64,000 nucleotides of DNA from an uncultured Geoanaerobacter sp. GTDB lineage: Bacteria > Desulfobacterota > Desulfuromonadia > Geobacterales > DSM-12255. Below are positions 11,301 through 19,820 of this stretch, piece by piece. A model generated the notes under the pieces. The model saw nothing but the letters and a program-made list of their open reading frames with translations. It had not been told where the DNA came from and did no database searches. Within the stretch, counting starts at the first letter, position 1. Every line of letters starts with the position of its first letter. The translations under genes were made by a program, and so were the position numbers. The DNA lies in contig CAZGQM010000001.1 of the NCBI GenBank assembly GCA_964528055.1, positions 365,690-429,689 of the forward strand, given 5' to 3'.

Positions 11301-11465
11301 CTCTTCCATAAGAGTCTTCATGCCTTCGGTGATATGGGTTTTTTCAAAAAACTTGCGTCCGTCTTTTTCGTCGGCAATCAGTTCCTCAAGCTGTTCAATC
11401 TGGTCGCTCACGTGAATATCGAGAGCATTGTCCTGAAGTATGCAGGCGTCACGTACGGTTTTCAT
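8379..11465 (-). CDS. DUF499-type P-loop ATPase (large defence-associated NTPase)
   Basis: 1028 aa. Walker A is MGGGKTHLL and Walker B is PVLILLDEMPPY. It is the first large gene of the operon and overlaps the next gene by 4 nt. Confidence 0.75.
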   Translation of the reverse strand: MKTVRDACILQDNALDIHVSDQIEQLEELIADEKDGRKFFEKTHITEGMKTLMEEGITRLAGKSSQSSFHLKQAMGGGKTHLLVGFGLLAKHPSLRKVYCSDIPNSDSFDTAKVAAFTGRNYPDHFFWGEIAEQLGKPEAFKKFWANGPKAPDENAWLTLFEGEQPVLILLDEMPPYFNNYDTQPIGNGTVADIATSALANMLTAASKKAKVCIVVSDLAASYESGTRLINKALEDARQEIGRQERNITPVDLTGNEVYEILRKRLFKKLPDRKEIEDIAARFGRALEEATKSKAVNRGAESISEEVINTYPFHPTLKNLVALFKENEKFKQTRGLMEIISRLLRSVWERQDNDVYLIGAQHFDLSINDVRDKLTEISGLRDAITKDLWDSNISSHAQIIGMNAGNDFASQIGTLVLTASLSTATNAIKGLNKEEILECLVNPLNGPNDYADAFEALKNIAWYMHRTPEDKFYFDRQENLTKMLEGFAIEAPENKIDELISTRLKTMFAPSRGSAYTEVLPLPKYDEIADKIRRNRVLLIVSPDSKIPPERLQEQFDSLTEKNNFCVLTGDKTQMASLEKSARQIYAVMRAEKRIHKEHPQRGELEDKIEIYEQDYNSTVLNIFDKVLFPVHRQGKSPELRAKPLDMTRDQKKDFSGEEQIEKTLTKDPLKLYLDIDANYDAIRDKAEDLLWPVSQDESRWEDMRDRASEQAGMPWLPPKGLETLKAIACSHGHWEDLGNGYITKKPKKKMTSVQVVPETEPNDAGFVRIRLNQLNAGPSPRTHYAEDGSVSESSPILTEQTLFTNALRVHLLVVDPSGQYETGDPVTWTNKLIIRNQLHNEKPKRKIELFVAPKGNLKYTLDGKEPRDGTPYTAPFEIPDKETLVMVFAEADGLEAKSNFTFAEIGDTGIKIDDTKPGKLVNQYGGKRLDSRSKTFNGLKEAKEKSVTFEGIRLEIGQGSQSVSTVIGDIQVTPDYIESILNVILKEFDDNTPITMTFKKANFNSGHDLRQFSESLGINIKQEEVEQ

Positions 11466-11520
11466 TGCTCGTTCCTTTGTATATGGTTATTTGCTTAAGT
11501 GGTTATTAGCTGTATTGAGA

Positions 11521-11769
11521 TTATTCGCAGTTGATTCCGATATCCGAACATCCGAGTACCCGCAGGCAATTCAGGAAAAAATCGGCACTGAACGTTCCAC
11601 GGGTGAGCTTGTTATCGACTGACGCCCTTGTAACAACCTCGCCATCTTTTGAGAGCATTTCCGCCAGTTGCTGACGGGAAATATTTCTCTTGGCCATTTC
11701 TGCACGCAGAATGTTGGTTGCCGTCTCGTTCTGGCTGTCGATGCTTATGACTACAAGTTCTCTCTTCAT
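11521..11769 (-). CDS. Small helix-turn-helix protein, putative regulator and first gene of the defence operon
   Basis: 82 aa. The HTH-like segment is ISRQQLAEMLSKDGEVVTRASVDNKL. It lies 55 nt upstream of the DUF499 gene on the same strand. Confidence 0.5.
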   Translation of the reverse strand: MKRELVVISIDSQNETATNILRAEMAKRNISRQQLAEMLSKDGEVVTRASVDNKLTRGTFSADFFLNCLRVLGCSDIGINCE

Positions 11770-11825
11770 TGTCTAATCCACGTAAAAAGTACGTCATTTG
11801 CATAAAATTACATAAGTTTGCAGCG

Positions 11826-11854
11826 ATAGTATATAATCAAATATGATTAGTCAA
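11826..11854 (-). promoter_or_regulatory. Candidate sigma70-type promoter for the HTH/defence operon
   Basis: The minus strand reads TTGACT, 17 nt, TACTAT, about 55-85 nt upstream of the ATG at 11769. This is a pattern match only. Confidence 0.3.
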
Positions 11855-11981
11855 GGAGTCAATTCTAAAGGTTTTTAATGTTTTGTTTATTAGTGGGAAA
11901 TCAGACTTTTTGGTATTTGTAAGACGTATGTGGGGTTGCACGGTGGAGCAGGAATAAATTATTTTTTTATGATGAGCGAAT

Positions 11982-12007
11982 AAAAGCCCCCTGCCGGAAC
12001 AGGGGGC
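11982..12007 (-). terminator. Rho-independent terminator after the DUF3606 gene
   Basis: Perfect 8-bp GC-rich stem (gccccctg / cagggggc) with a 6-nt loop. On the minus strand it is followed by TTTT. It sits 8 nt past the stop codon at 12015. Confidence 0.65.
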
Positions 12008-12014
12008 CTGAGAA

Positions 12015-12191
12015 CTACTTTTTCAGTTGTTTTTTTACAGCTGCAGCCGAGGTGCCAACCTGCTGCACCGCCTTCTTAAGTTCTGGTGCGGTACAGCCAA
12101 AGGATTTTGTCCAGCTGCGCACCTCGTTCGGGTCGTTTACATCAACCCTCTTGTTGTCAGGTGGGCCTTTCAGTTTCTTGTTATCTGGCAT
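12015..12191 (-). CDS. DUF3606-like small protein
   Basis: 58-aa ORF, below the ORF-track cutoff, translated by hand: MPDNKKLKGPPDNKRVDVNDPNEVRSWTKSFGCTAPELKKAVQQVGTSAAAVKKQLKK. This matches the DUF3606 pattern (..V.YW...FG.s.eeL..AV..VG.s...V...L). Confidence 0.65.
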   Translation of the reverse strand: MPDNKKLKGPPDNKRVDVNDPNEVRSWTKSFGCTAPELKKAVQQVGTSAAAVKKQLKK

Positions 12192-12193
12192 GA

Positions 12194-12367
12194 CTAACGC
12201 TCCTTCCTCACCCCTTTAAAGGGGGTGCCGTCAGCCTTCTGGTCCATAAACCTGCCAGTATCCGTATCCCGCTTAACCCATGTATCGGTTTTCGGGTTGT
12301 GTACCTGGCTCCTGCCTGTTACCTGCCCATGTCTGTGACCGTCACCGGTCGGTGGATTCTTTGCCAT
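12194..12367 (-). CDS. Small basic hypothetical protein
   Basis: I place the start at MAKNPPTGDG..., preceded by AAGGAG. The gene ends 2 nt before the DUF3606 gene start, so the two are probably co-transcribed. Confidence 0.45.
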   Translation of the reverse strand: MAKNPPTGDGHRHGQVTGRSQVHNPKTDTWVKRDTDTGRFMDQKADGTPFKGVRKER

Positions 12368-12661
12368 TATTTTTTCTCCTTGCAAGGTATGGAGGGGGAT
12401 TGCTCCCCCTCACGGTTGAGTTCTAGGCATCTACCCAGATGGGCCATGCCTTGCGTCCGTATTGACTTGCGTAACGCCGAACACCCTTAATGGTGATGTA
12501 GGCGACGTAAATCAGACGCTTCCCTGGTCTCTCCACAATCATGTGGGGCACCTATCCTTTCCGACAGGCGAATTTTAGACCTTGCAAGGAGGGAGGGAGT
12601 TTGGTATTCTAACTCTCTATAGAGATTCTGTTGCAAGTCCCCAAAGCCTGACTTTTGGGGG

Positions 12662-12691
12662 AAAGCCTTGATGTTAGCGCATCAAGGCTTT
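12662..12691 (-). terminator. Hairpin terminator after the ImmA-like gene
   Basis: Perfect 12-bp stem (aaagccttgatg / catcaaggcttt) with a 6-nt loop, starting 1 nt beyond the stop at 12693. The arms are T/A-rich on both strands. Confidence 0.55.
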
Positions 12692-12692
12692 T

Positions 12693-13304
12693 CTAATTCG
12701 TTATTTTCAAAGCCTTTAGCCTTGTTTTCAAGAACGATATGTTCACCTCGAAAGTATCTGCAATTTCTCCCAGACTGGCCCCATCACGTATCATCATCAG
12801 TAACGGAGCTTCCGGCATAAGTAATGCTCCACCGAATCGCCATGCCTGCCACTCAGGATTGCGATACGTGGGAATGTCGGTCTTACGGTAGAGCTGGATA
12901 CTATCTTCGCCTTTTGCCTGCTTAAACACCTGGGTGCGACTTCGCTGCTGCAGCTGCGGGACATGCAGGTAGCAGTGCCCGCTTTCATGGGCCTGGGTTG
13001 ACCGGAAAAAATTGATACTGTATTCATCCATCGCCAGCTCTTCCTGAAAGATAACCTGCCTGTTGGCACTATCGGTAATACCATAAATTTCAGGCGGCAA
13101 TTCATTCGAGTAAACCGGGGTTACGCCGGTCAGGTCCTCCAGTTTCGTATCTACGAACCGGAGAACATCAAATGCCTTGCCGCCTTTCAGGACTTCTGGC
13201 TGGAACCGGGTAATGATACCAGTGGCAATCTGGTCGATTTGCACACCGCTCATCCCCTGGAAGAGGAAGTTAGGTACGGTCATTCTTGGTGCCCTTCTTT
13301 TCAA
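12693..13304 (-). CDS. ImmA/IrrE-family zinc metallopeptidase
   Basis: HExxH motif in the context TQAHESGHCYLH. It lies directly downstream of and overlaps an XRE repressor gene, like an immR-immA pair. The start may instead be the internal Met at 13283. Confidence 0.8.
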   Translation of the reverse strand: MKRRAPRMTVPNFLFQGMSGVQIDQIATGIITRFQPEVLKGGKAFDVLRFVDTKLEDLTGVTPVYSNELPPEIYGITDSANRQVIFQEELAMDEYSINFFRSTQAHESGHCYLHVPQLQQRSRTQVFKQAKGEDSIQLYRKTDIPTYRNPEWQAWRFGGALLMPEAPLLMMIRDGASLGEIADTFEVNISFLKTRLKALKITN

Positions 13305-13632
13305 TCATTGCATTTATCATTTCAGTCAGTTCCTCTTCGGTGTACAAGTCGGATGCGCGGAGCAGTTGCATGTTCAGTCCAGGACGTTTGCGGAAAATAG
13401 TTGTTGCTTCGGTCTGTAACTTCATTTCCGATTGCGCTGCCCTTACCAGTGTTTCGTCAGTCACGCCAAGGTATGTCTCGATTTTTCTGACAACATCAAG
13501 CGCTGGCGCTTTGCGTCTGTTTTGCTCAATATCGGAGATGTACCCTAACGACAATCCTGCTACCTGACTGACCTCCTTAAGCGTCTTTTCACTCTTCTTT
13601 CGAGCTGCTTTCAGCATTTGCCCGAAATTCAT
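13270..13632 (-). CDS. XRE-family HTH transcriptional regulator
   Basis: MNFGQMLKAARKKSEKTLKEVSQVAGLSLGYISDIEQNRRKAP is a classical Cro/C1 HTH. I chose the start at the Met at 13632 rather than the ORF-track maximum at 13740. Confidence 0.8.
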   Translation of the reverse strand: MNFGQMLKAARKKSEKTLKEVSQVAGLSLGYISDIEQNRRKAPALDVVRKIETYLGVTDETLVRAAQSEMKLQTEATTIFRKRPGLNMQLLRASDLYTEEELTEMINAMIEKKGTKNDRT

Positions 13633-14057
13633 GTCCGCGACCCCCTTTCTCCCCCCCTCAAAAGAGCGGTTAGCATTGCATATCAATTCACGCAAAATCT
13701 GCGTAACTTCAATATACCTTTTCGGGATACTGGTTGTCAATACGATTTACGCAAAAAAAGCGTGACTGCTATTTTATGTCGAGGGGAAGAATTCAGGAAG
13801 CAACTGGAGCGTCATACGCACAAGATGCTGTTGTTTGATTCTCGACAAACACAACATACAGTGCCATTTTTTGATTGTCAATCTTTAACTTTTATAAAAG
13901 GATAGTGATATCAGGTAATTGTATACAGTATCCAGGAAAACCAGTGAAAAGCGGCTATGGGAGAGAGTTTATGTGACGGTTTAGTAAAATATATTTAATG
14001 CAGAGGGTCAATTCTGAGACGAAATACAGCGACAATTGACATACGGAATGCCGGTTG

Positions 14058-14249
14058 TTAATCTGGGGAGCCAGAACTGCGTTTTTCCTCTTCCTCAATT
14101 TTCTGCTCGACCCAGTAGGCTATCTGTTTGCTGAGACTCCTTTTGTTTTTTCCAGCAATTATTTTCACCTTTTCGTAGATAGCGATGTCCAGCACTACTC
14201 CAGCATGAACCCGTTTTTCTTTGTCGATAGGCATATGTTTACCTTTCAC
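14058..14249 (-). CDS. Ribbon-helix-helix (CopG/Arc-like) DNA-binding protein
   Basis: About 58-63 aa. The segment KRVHAGVVLDIAIYEKVKIIAGKNKRSLSKQIAYWV shows a beta-strand then helix-helix pattern. The start is either GTG at 14249 or ATG at 14234. Confidence 0.55.
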   Translation of the reverse strand: MKGKHMPIDKEKRVHAGVVLDIAIYEKVKIIAGKNKRSLSKQIAYWVEQKIEEEEKRSSGSPD

Positions 14250-14393
14250 TATCTAAAATCTCTGGTTGAAAAAAGTGTTACACTTTGATACACTTTATAC
14301 AACCTATTCAAATTGTATTGATAGGTATAAAACCTCTCAAGTAAATATACCAAATCACAAAACAAGTCGATTCCAAAAGTGCGTTAAGTATCC

Positions 14394-14930
14394 ATGACAC
14401 ATGCTGAAAAACCAACATATTCTATTGCCGAGTGCAATATGGACAAGTCGTTCAAATGCTATGAATGCGACTCATTGCAGAAACCTTACATGATTCAGCG
14501 ACTCGGAAGCAGATTTATTGCGCTCTGCAGCGTGCTTTGCGGGATGAAACATTACATTACAAACGACCTGAAAATAGATAACACATACAGATTCAAGGCA
14601 TCAGCTGATTGGATTCAGGCGGAACATGACAGGCAGTTAGATAACGAATCTGGATATATTTACGATGACGGAGACACAGCCATGAACGAGGTAAGAGACC
14701 AGTACCTTAAAAAAAAGATTATCGAAAGTGGAGTTGCCCCGGAAGGAGTAATTGGCCTTGATTTTAGTACGTGGGACGGGTTTGGCTATTTAGTGAAATG
14801 GGCTACACAACAAGATTGGTGGGAAGAGTTTTCCCATGAGGAATTTGAATTCGGTCTGCAATTGAATGCTGTGACTTCCAGAATGCTTGACCCAGAAGTG
14901 ATGTCAGATGAATTATGGAAATTCCTGTAA
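14394..14930 (+). CDS. Hypothetical protein with an N-terminal CX2CX19CX3C (TRASH-like) zinc-ribbon motif
   Basis: 178 aa. CYECDSLQKPYMIQRLGSRFIALCSVLCG fits the C-X2-C-X19-C-X3-C spacing. The rest of the protein is unassigned. Confidence 0.4.
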   Translation: MTHAEKPTYSIAECNMDKSFKCYECDSLQKPYMIQRLGSRFIALCSVLCGMKHYITNDLKIDNTYRFKASADWIQAEHDRQLDNESGYIYDDGDTAMNEVRDQYLKKKIIESGVAPEGVIGLDFSTWDGFGYLVKWATQQDWWEEFSHEEFEFGLQLNAVTSRMLDPEVMSDELWKFL

Positions 14931-15293
14931 CGGTATTGGGTTGACGGGGGTTGTCATGAGATGGCTAGTGGCAGCAATGGTGCGGTATCTGGTGGTCTGT
15001 TTTTTGATATTGATGGTCTGGACAGCTTATTATTCGATGATTCAGTGGATGACGAAAAATTGCTGGTTTATGAAGATTGATATCCAATCGGCTGTGAATA
15101 AAAAATGCTGATAAGCAAAAATATCTTGAGCAGGTTTTTGCTATAAAAACTGGATTTTTTCTTTTACGACAAAGCTAATTCACATTGAAAACCAAAAAAT
15201 AAATCAATAAAATGAACCCCTTGCCCTTATTAAGGATAGTCTGTAATACTTGGAGTCCCGCTATTACAGAAATTCAAATAAGGGTAAAAAATT

Positions 15294-18200
15294 ATGCATA
15301 AAATTATTCTGTCAGCATCACTTTATGTCTTATCTGCAATCCTGTTTTCTTCTAATTCCCAAGCAGCCTGCCTTTCCCAAATCAACAATCTTCGCGGCCC
15401 GGCCCGAGCAAGCGGAACTTGCGCTGCTGGCGACCTTGCCATTGATTACTACCTTGATGGCGCACGGAGAGCATATCTTGCCCCAGTTGGCGGCAATCCT
15501 CCGACTTATACCAGTGACATCGACAACCTCCCCCATGGGACGCATACATGTGAAGTACGATGTACGGCCCCTGGTGGTACTGTCTATTCGCTTGAAACCG
15601 GTTCCATGTTCATTGACCGGTCATCAACTTCAACGATGCAAGTGACAGCTCCAGGCGGTTGTGGGGTGGTCAATGTTACAGGAGCAGCGACGTTTTCTGA
15701 TTCACTTGTCCAATCCATCAAGGGTAGCATCAAGCTCTACTCGAACGGGAATTTATATAACACCATCAGCTGTACCACTAACCCCTGCAGTTATGCATTC
15801 AACAATATAGACCCGGCACAAACCAATACATTCCTGCTGAAGACCATAAGTTACGCTGGTTTTTACGAAGATACTTCAACGGTTGTGCATAATGCCGACT
15901 GGCATGTGGAATTCGATACACAAACACCGATAGGGCCATCATCCAAATGCGAAAAGGTGCGGGCTACCCTAAAGTTTTGCCCTACTCAATCTGCAGCAAA
16001 AGGGTATGTGTACGTTTACTTCGATAACCCCTCAAATCCTTACTATTACCGGATAGCGCCCTGTTATACGGAAACCTGTACTGTTGACGTAGCCTTACCG
16101 ACATTGACCGGTGGGAAACACACACTCATCGTTCGCGGCCTTTCCCCAAATGGTCCTAGTTATTATGACAACAGGGATTTCTATCTGGACGAGATTCCGT
16201 ATAACTTTACAGAACCGGATGCTACGAGCGAGGATTCTTGCGAGAGCCATACATCAGGTGCCAAGAGTATTGCAGTATGTCTCTTCGAAGGCATCTGTCT
16301 GAATTACAATTCACAGGACCAATTCGCAACCAGGAGCGGTACTTGTCCAGGTGCTACATACAAATATCAGCTTAGTCAGGGATGGACGCATTCGCTTGGT
16401 AGGGGACTATTCAAGAATCCCAACGGAAATATTGTCTATAAAGGCGGCGGAATCAGCCCCAAAATGTACACGGTTTCCGGGTCTACGTACGTGACTCCAC
16501 CTGATGATTCTTCAACCCTGGTAAAGAATGCGAACGGGACTTACAAGATTACCTACCGTGACGGTACGGTCGAAAACTTCAATACTGCAGGCACCTTAAC
16601 CAGTACTGTTGACCGGTTCAGCAACACCACGACCATCAGCGGTATTGCCAGTCACGTACAAACGGTTACTGAGCCTACCGGGAAGACCACAACCTTCACG
16701 TACGATTCCACGGATGAAAAAATCACAGCCATTACTGATTCAAACGGGAATACTTATGATTTCCAGTACGATGCGACAAGAGGTCTTCTGACTAAAATCA
16801 TTAACCCGGCTCCTGCTACTGGGCAGCCACGACCGGAATGGAATTTCGTGTATGACACTTCGAATCTGATAAGCCAGGCAACTGACCCGGAGGGGAATGT
16901 AACTGCTTATGGGTATGATGCGAATAACAAGATTTCATCGATAACTGATGCCGAGAGTTTCGCTAAGACGTTCCTGTATGGAACGGGGGTAACTACGGTA
17001 ACTGACAAGAACAGCGGGGTCTGGACATTCGATTATAACACCACGAGCCGTTTAATTACTGCCAAGACAGACCCGTTAGGGAACAAGACGACCTTTACGT
17101 ATGGTACAAACAACAAGGTTGCCACGGAATCCAGGCCGGTGGAGAAGCCGACTGCGCTGACTGAAACCAGGTATGTGACGGCGTACCAGTATGATTCTTA
17201 TAAAAACGTCACAGATGAGCAGGGATATGCCACGTACATAACGTACGACAGCAACGGGAATGTGGTGTCGCAGACCAATGACCCGGTTTCTTACCATATG
17301 GGATATACTTACGATGCCGTGAATTATGACCAGATTGCCACGGCGACTGATTATATGGATAGTCCGGTCACTACTACTTCGTATGTGTATGACACCAATG
17401 GTGGCTACCAGAGGACGACCATCACTGACCCTGAGGGGTTTGTTACCGTTCTGCGGAAAAATGCCGATGGCACTGTTCATGATGTCACGTATGGGAATGG
17501 GACGGTGCAGACGTATGTGTACAACACCGACAAGACGTTGCAGAGTATTACCGGCGCTGACGGAGTGAAACTGGAAGTTGCTACCTATGATGCGAATAAG
17601 AATCCAAAGGAAGTTAAGACTTACGACCGGAATAATTTACTAAAAAAAACCACGAATATTGATTATGACAACCTAAACCGGACTACACAGAGTTCGGTAC
17701 CTGGAAGTCAGTTCAACTATACGAATCAGGCAGGGTACAACAAGAAGAACGATACGATTCTGGCCATTGATGCCGAGGGAAATCCGACCGGGTTCACCTA
17801 TAACTTTCGAGGGCAGGCAACTACTTTCACTGATGCACTGGGAAAAGTTACCTCGATGGAGTATGGGGCAAATAACTGCCCTACCTGCGGAGGAGTGGAT
17901 AAGCTAACGAAACTCACTGATGCTAATGGGAACCAGTCGAAGTGGGAATATGATGCTGCTGGCAGGTTAAGCAAGGAAACCGACTCGTTGAATAATGCGA
18001 TTCGGTACGAATACTATCCGAGTGGGTTGGTATGGAAGAAAATCAAAGATACTGGTGGAGATATCCTGGCAACGTATAGTTACGATGCTTTGGGAAAGAT
18101 GACCGGTGTTTCGTATCTGGATGGCGGTTGGGAATCCTATACATATTATCCGAATGGAATGATGTTGACTGCTGCCAACCAAAACATTTCCTATACGTTT

Positions 18201-19802
18201 GAGTGGTACAAGAATGGCTGGCTGAAAAAAGTGACTGATTCGAATGGCAGAACTGTTGACTACAACCTGTATGACGGGATTGGCCAGCGGAGAACAGTGA
18301 CTCTGCTGGCGGGTACTGCTGACCAGAAGGTGCTTACTTATGTGTACGGCAATAGTGGGAGTAGCAATGGGAAGCTGGTAAGTATCGCGGAGACCGGAGT
18401 TGGTACTTTCGGACTTGGTTATGACGATATGGGTAGGAGGAGTAGTTTAAGTTATCCCAATGGCATTGTTGGCACATACAGTTACCATGCTGAGCAGCCG
18501 GGGTGGTTGGCTGGTATTTCGTATCAAGGGGTGTTGCCGATTACTGCTGTCAGTTATCCATCGTTTGACAGGACCGGCAACAGGACTTCGAAGGATGTCG
18601 ATGGTAGCCTGTTTAGTTATGGGTATGACCTTGTGTACAGGTTATTGAACGTGACCGGAGCAGGAACAGAATCGTTTACCTATGATGATTCGGGGAACCG
18701 GCTGACTGAGGCTGGTCAGATGTACACGGTTGCTGCCGGAAACTCGCTGACGGCAAAACCGGGCAGGATGTTCACGTATGATTATTTCGGTAATAGGACT
18801 GGTGATGGGGAATGGACTTACTCGTGGAACAGTAAGGGTGAATTGACCCAGATGACGAAGACGGGAACTACGGTGACATTCGCCTACGACCCGTTTGGTA
18901 GGAGAGTAAGTAAAACTGCGGTAATTGGAGGAACAACTACTTCGCATGTATATGTCTACGATGCTGAAGATATTGCACTGGAGTATGTCGGGGGCGTGTT
19001 GACTAGTCACTTTGTCCATGGCCCCGGAATCGATGAGCCGTTGGCGTTAGTCAGGAGTGGTGGAACTGGTAGCGGCAACTATTTCTACCATGCTGATGGA
19101 CTTGGCAGCGTGGTGAAAATTACTGATGTTGCTCAAAATATGGTGGAGTCGTATGGATATGATTCATTTGGCAGGGTAACTGCGGTTGGAACCCTTGACC
19201 AGCCATATGGGTACACTGGTCGGGAGTATGATGCTGAAACCGGGAAGCTCTACTACAGGTTAAGGTATTATGACGCTGACAGTGGCAGATTCCTGAGCCG
19301 CGACCCTCTGAGCTTTGCTGCCGGAGATGTAGTTTTGACCAACTATGTTGGTGGGAATCCTATTAATTACGTGGACCCTTGGGGGTTGATTGAAGAAGAA
19401 TATGATACCTATACTAAATCCGGTGGGTCGGCTGCATGGAGAAATAATAATCCTGGTAACATGCAATATGCCTTTTACGCAAAGAGAAATGGTGCTTGTA
19501 GTATTTCATCATTCTGCCGTAAAACAAAATCCTGTTCTTGGGCAAAGTTTCCTACAGAAGAAATGGGGCGTGTTGCATTAGTGGATTTATTGAAAGATAA
19601 ATATGGAAAAATGACGATAAAGGAAATGTTGCCAATATATGCACCACCAAAATCTAACAATTTACCAGCATATTTTGCCTTTTTGAAAAAGAATGGGATA
19701 AATTTAGACGACACAGTGATTAATCAACTTGATTTATTGAGCAAGAAAATGCCAATTCACGAAGGTTGGAAACGTGGTAAAATCGTACCTAAAAACGAAT
19801 AA
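15294..19802 (+). CDS. Rhs/YD-repeat polymorphic toxin with a Sec signal peptide and an unassigned 137-aa C-terminal domain
   Basis: 1502 aa. The signal peptide is MHKIILSASLYVLSAILFSSNSQAA. There are dozens of YD repeats (e.g. TFTYDSTDEKITAITDSNGNTYDFQYD). The Rhs core end is YYRLRYYDADSGRFLSRDP...NPINYVDPWGL, ending at nt 19388, and is followed by the tip domain. Confidence 0.9.
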   Translation: MHKIILSASLYVLSAILFSSNSQAACLSQINNLRGPARASGTCAAGDLAIDYYLDGARRAYLAPVGGNPPTYTSDIDNLPHGTHTCEVRCTAPGGTVYSLETGSMFIDRSSTSTMQVTAPGGCGVVNVTGAATFSDSLVQSIKGSIKLYSNGNLYNTISCTTNPCSYAFNNIDPAQTNTFLLKTISYAGFYEDTSTVVHNADWHVEFDTQTPIGPSSKCEKVRATLKFCPTQSAAKGYVYVYFDNPSNPYYYRIAPCYTETCTVDVALPTLTGGKHTLIVRGLSPNGPSYYDNRDFYLDEIPYNFTEPDATSEDSCESHTSGAKSIAVCLFEGICLNYNSQDQFATRSGTCPGATYKYQLSQGWTHSLGRGLFKNPNGNIVYKGGGISPKMYTVSGSTYVTPPDDSSTLVKNANGTYKITYRDGTVENFNTAGTLTSTVDRFSNTTTISGIASHVQTVTEPTGKTTTFTYDSTDEKITAITDSNGNTYDFQYDATRGLLTKIINPAPATGQPRPEWNFVYDTSNLISQATDPEGNVTAYGYDANNKISSITDAESFAKTFLYGTGVTTVTDKNSGVWTFDYNTTSRLITAKTDPLGNKTTFTYGTNNKVATESRPVEKPTALTETRYVTAYQYDSYKNVTDEQGYATYITYDSNGNVVSQTNDPVSYHMGYTYDAVNYDQIATATDYMDSPVTTTSYVYDTNGGYQRTTITDPEGFVTVLRKNADGTVHDVTYGNGTVQTYVYNTDKTLQSITGADGVKLEVATYDANKNPKEVKTYDRNNLLKKTTNIDYDNLNRTTQSSVPGSQFNYTNQAGYNKKNDTILAIDAEGNPTGFTYNFRGQATTFTDALGKVTSMEYGANNCPTCGGVDKLTKLTDANGNQSKWEYDAAGRLSKETDSLNNAIRYEYYPSGLVWKKIKDTGGDILATYSYDALGKMTGVSYLDGGWESYTYYPNGMMLTAANQNISYTFEWYKNGWLKKVTDSNGRTVDYNLYDGIGQRRTVTLLAGTADQKVLTYVYGNSGSSNGKLVSIAETGVGTFGLGYDDMGRRSSLSYPNGIVGTYSYHAEQPGWLAGISYQGVLPITAVSYPSFDRTGNRTSKDVDGSLFSYGYDLVYRLLNVTGAGTESFTYDDSGNRLTEAGQMYTVAAGNSLTAKPGRMFTYDYFGNRTGDGEWTYSWNSKGELTQMTKTGTTVTFAYDPFGRRVSKTAVIGGTTTSHVYVYDAEDIALEYVGGVLTSHFVHGPGIDEPLALVRSGGTGSGNYFYHADGLGSVVKITDVAQNMVESYGYDSFGRVTAVGTLDQPYGYTGREYDAETGKLYYRLRYYDADSGRFLSRDPLSFAAGDVVLTNYVGGNPINYVDPWGLIEEEYDTYTKSGGSAAWRNNNPGNMQYAFYAKRNGACSISSFCRKTKSCSWAKFPTEEMGRVALVDLLKDKYGKMTIKEMLPIYAPPKSNNLPAYFAFLKKNGINLDDTVINQLDLLSKKMPIHEGWKRGKIVPKNE

Positions 19803-19820
19803 GGATATTGGAGAGTGGCA

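Noticed and set aside
14956-15111. Possible ~51-aa membrane peptide (MRWLVAAMVRYLVVCFLILMVWTAYY...) downstream of 14394..14930
   Set aside because: It is a hydrophobic ORF with a weak RBS, and I could assess no conservation. The evidence is too weak to call it a gene.
15250-15645. 131-aa ORF overlapping the start of rhs in another frame
   Set aside because: The rhs frame has a signal peptide and continues for 1502 aa of YD repeats. The alternative frame has no features.
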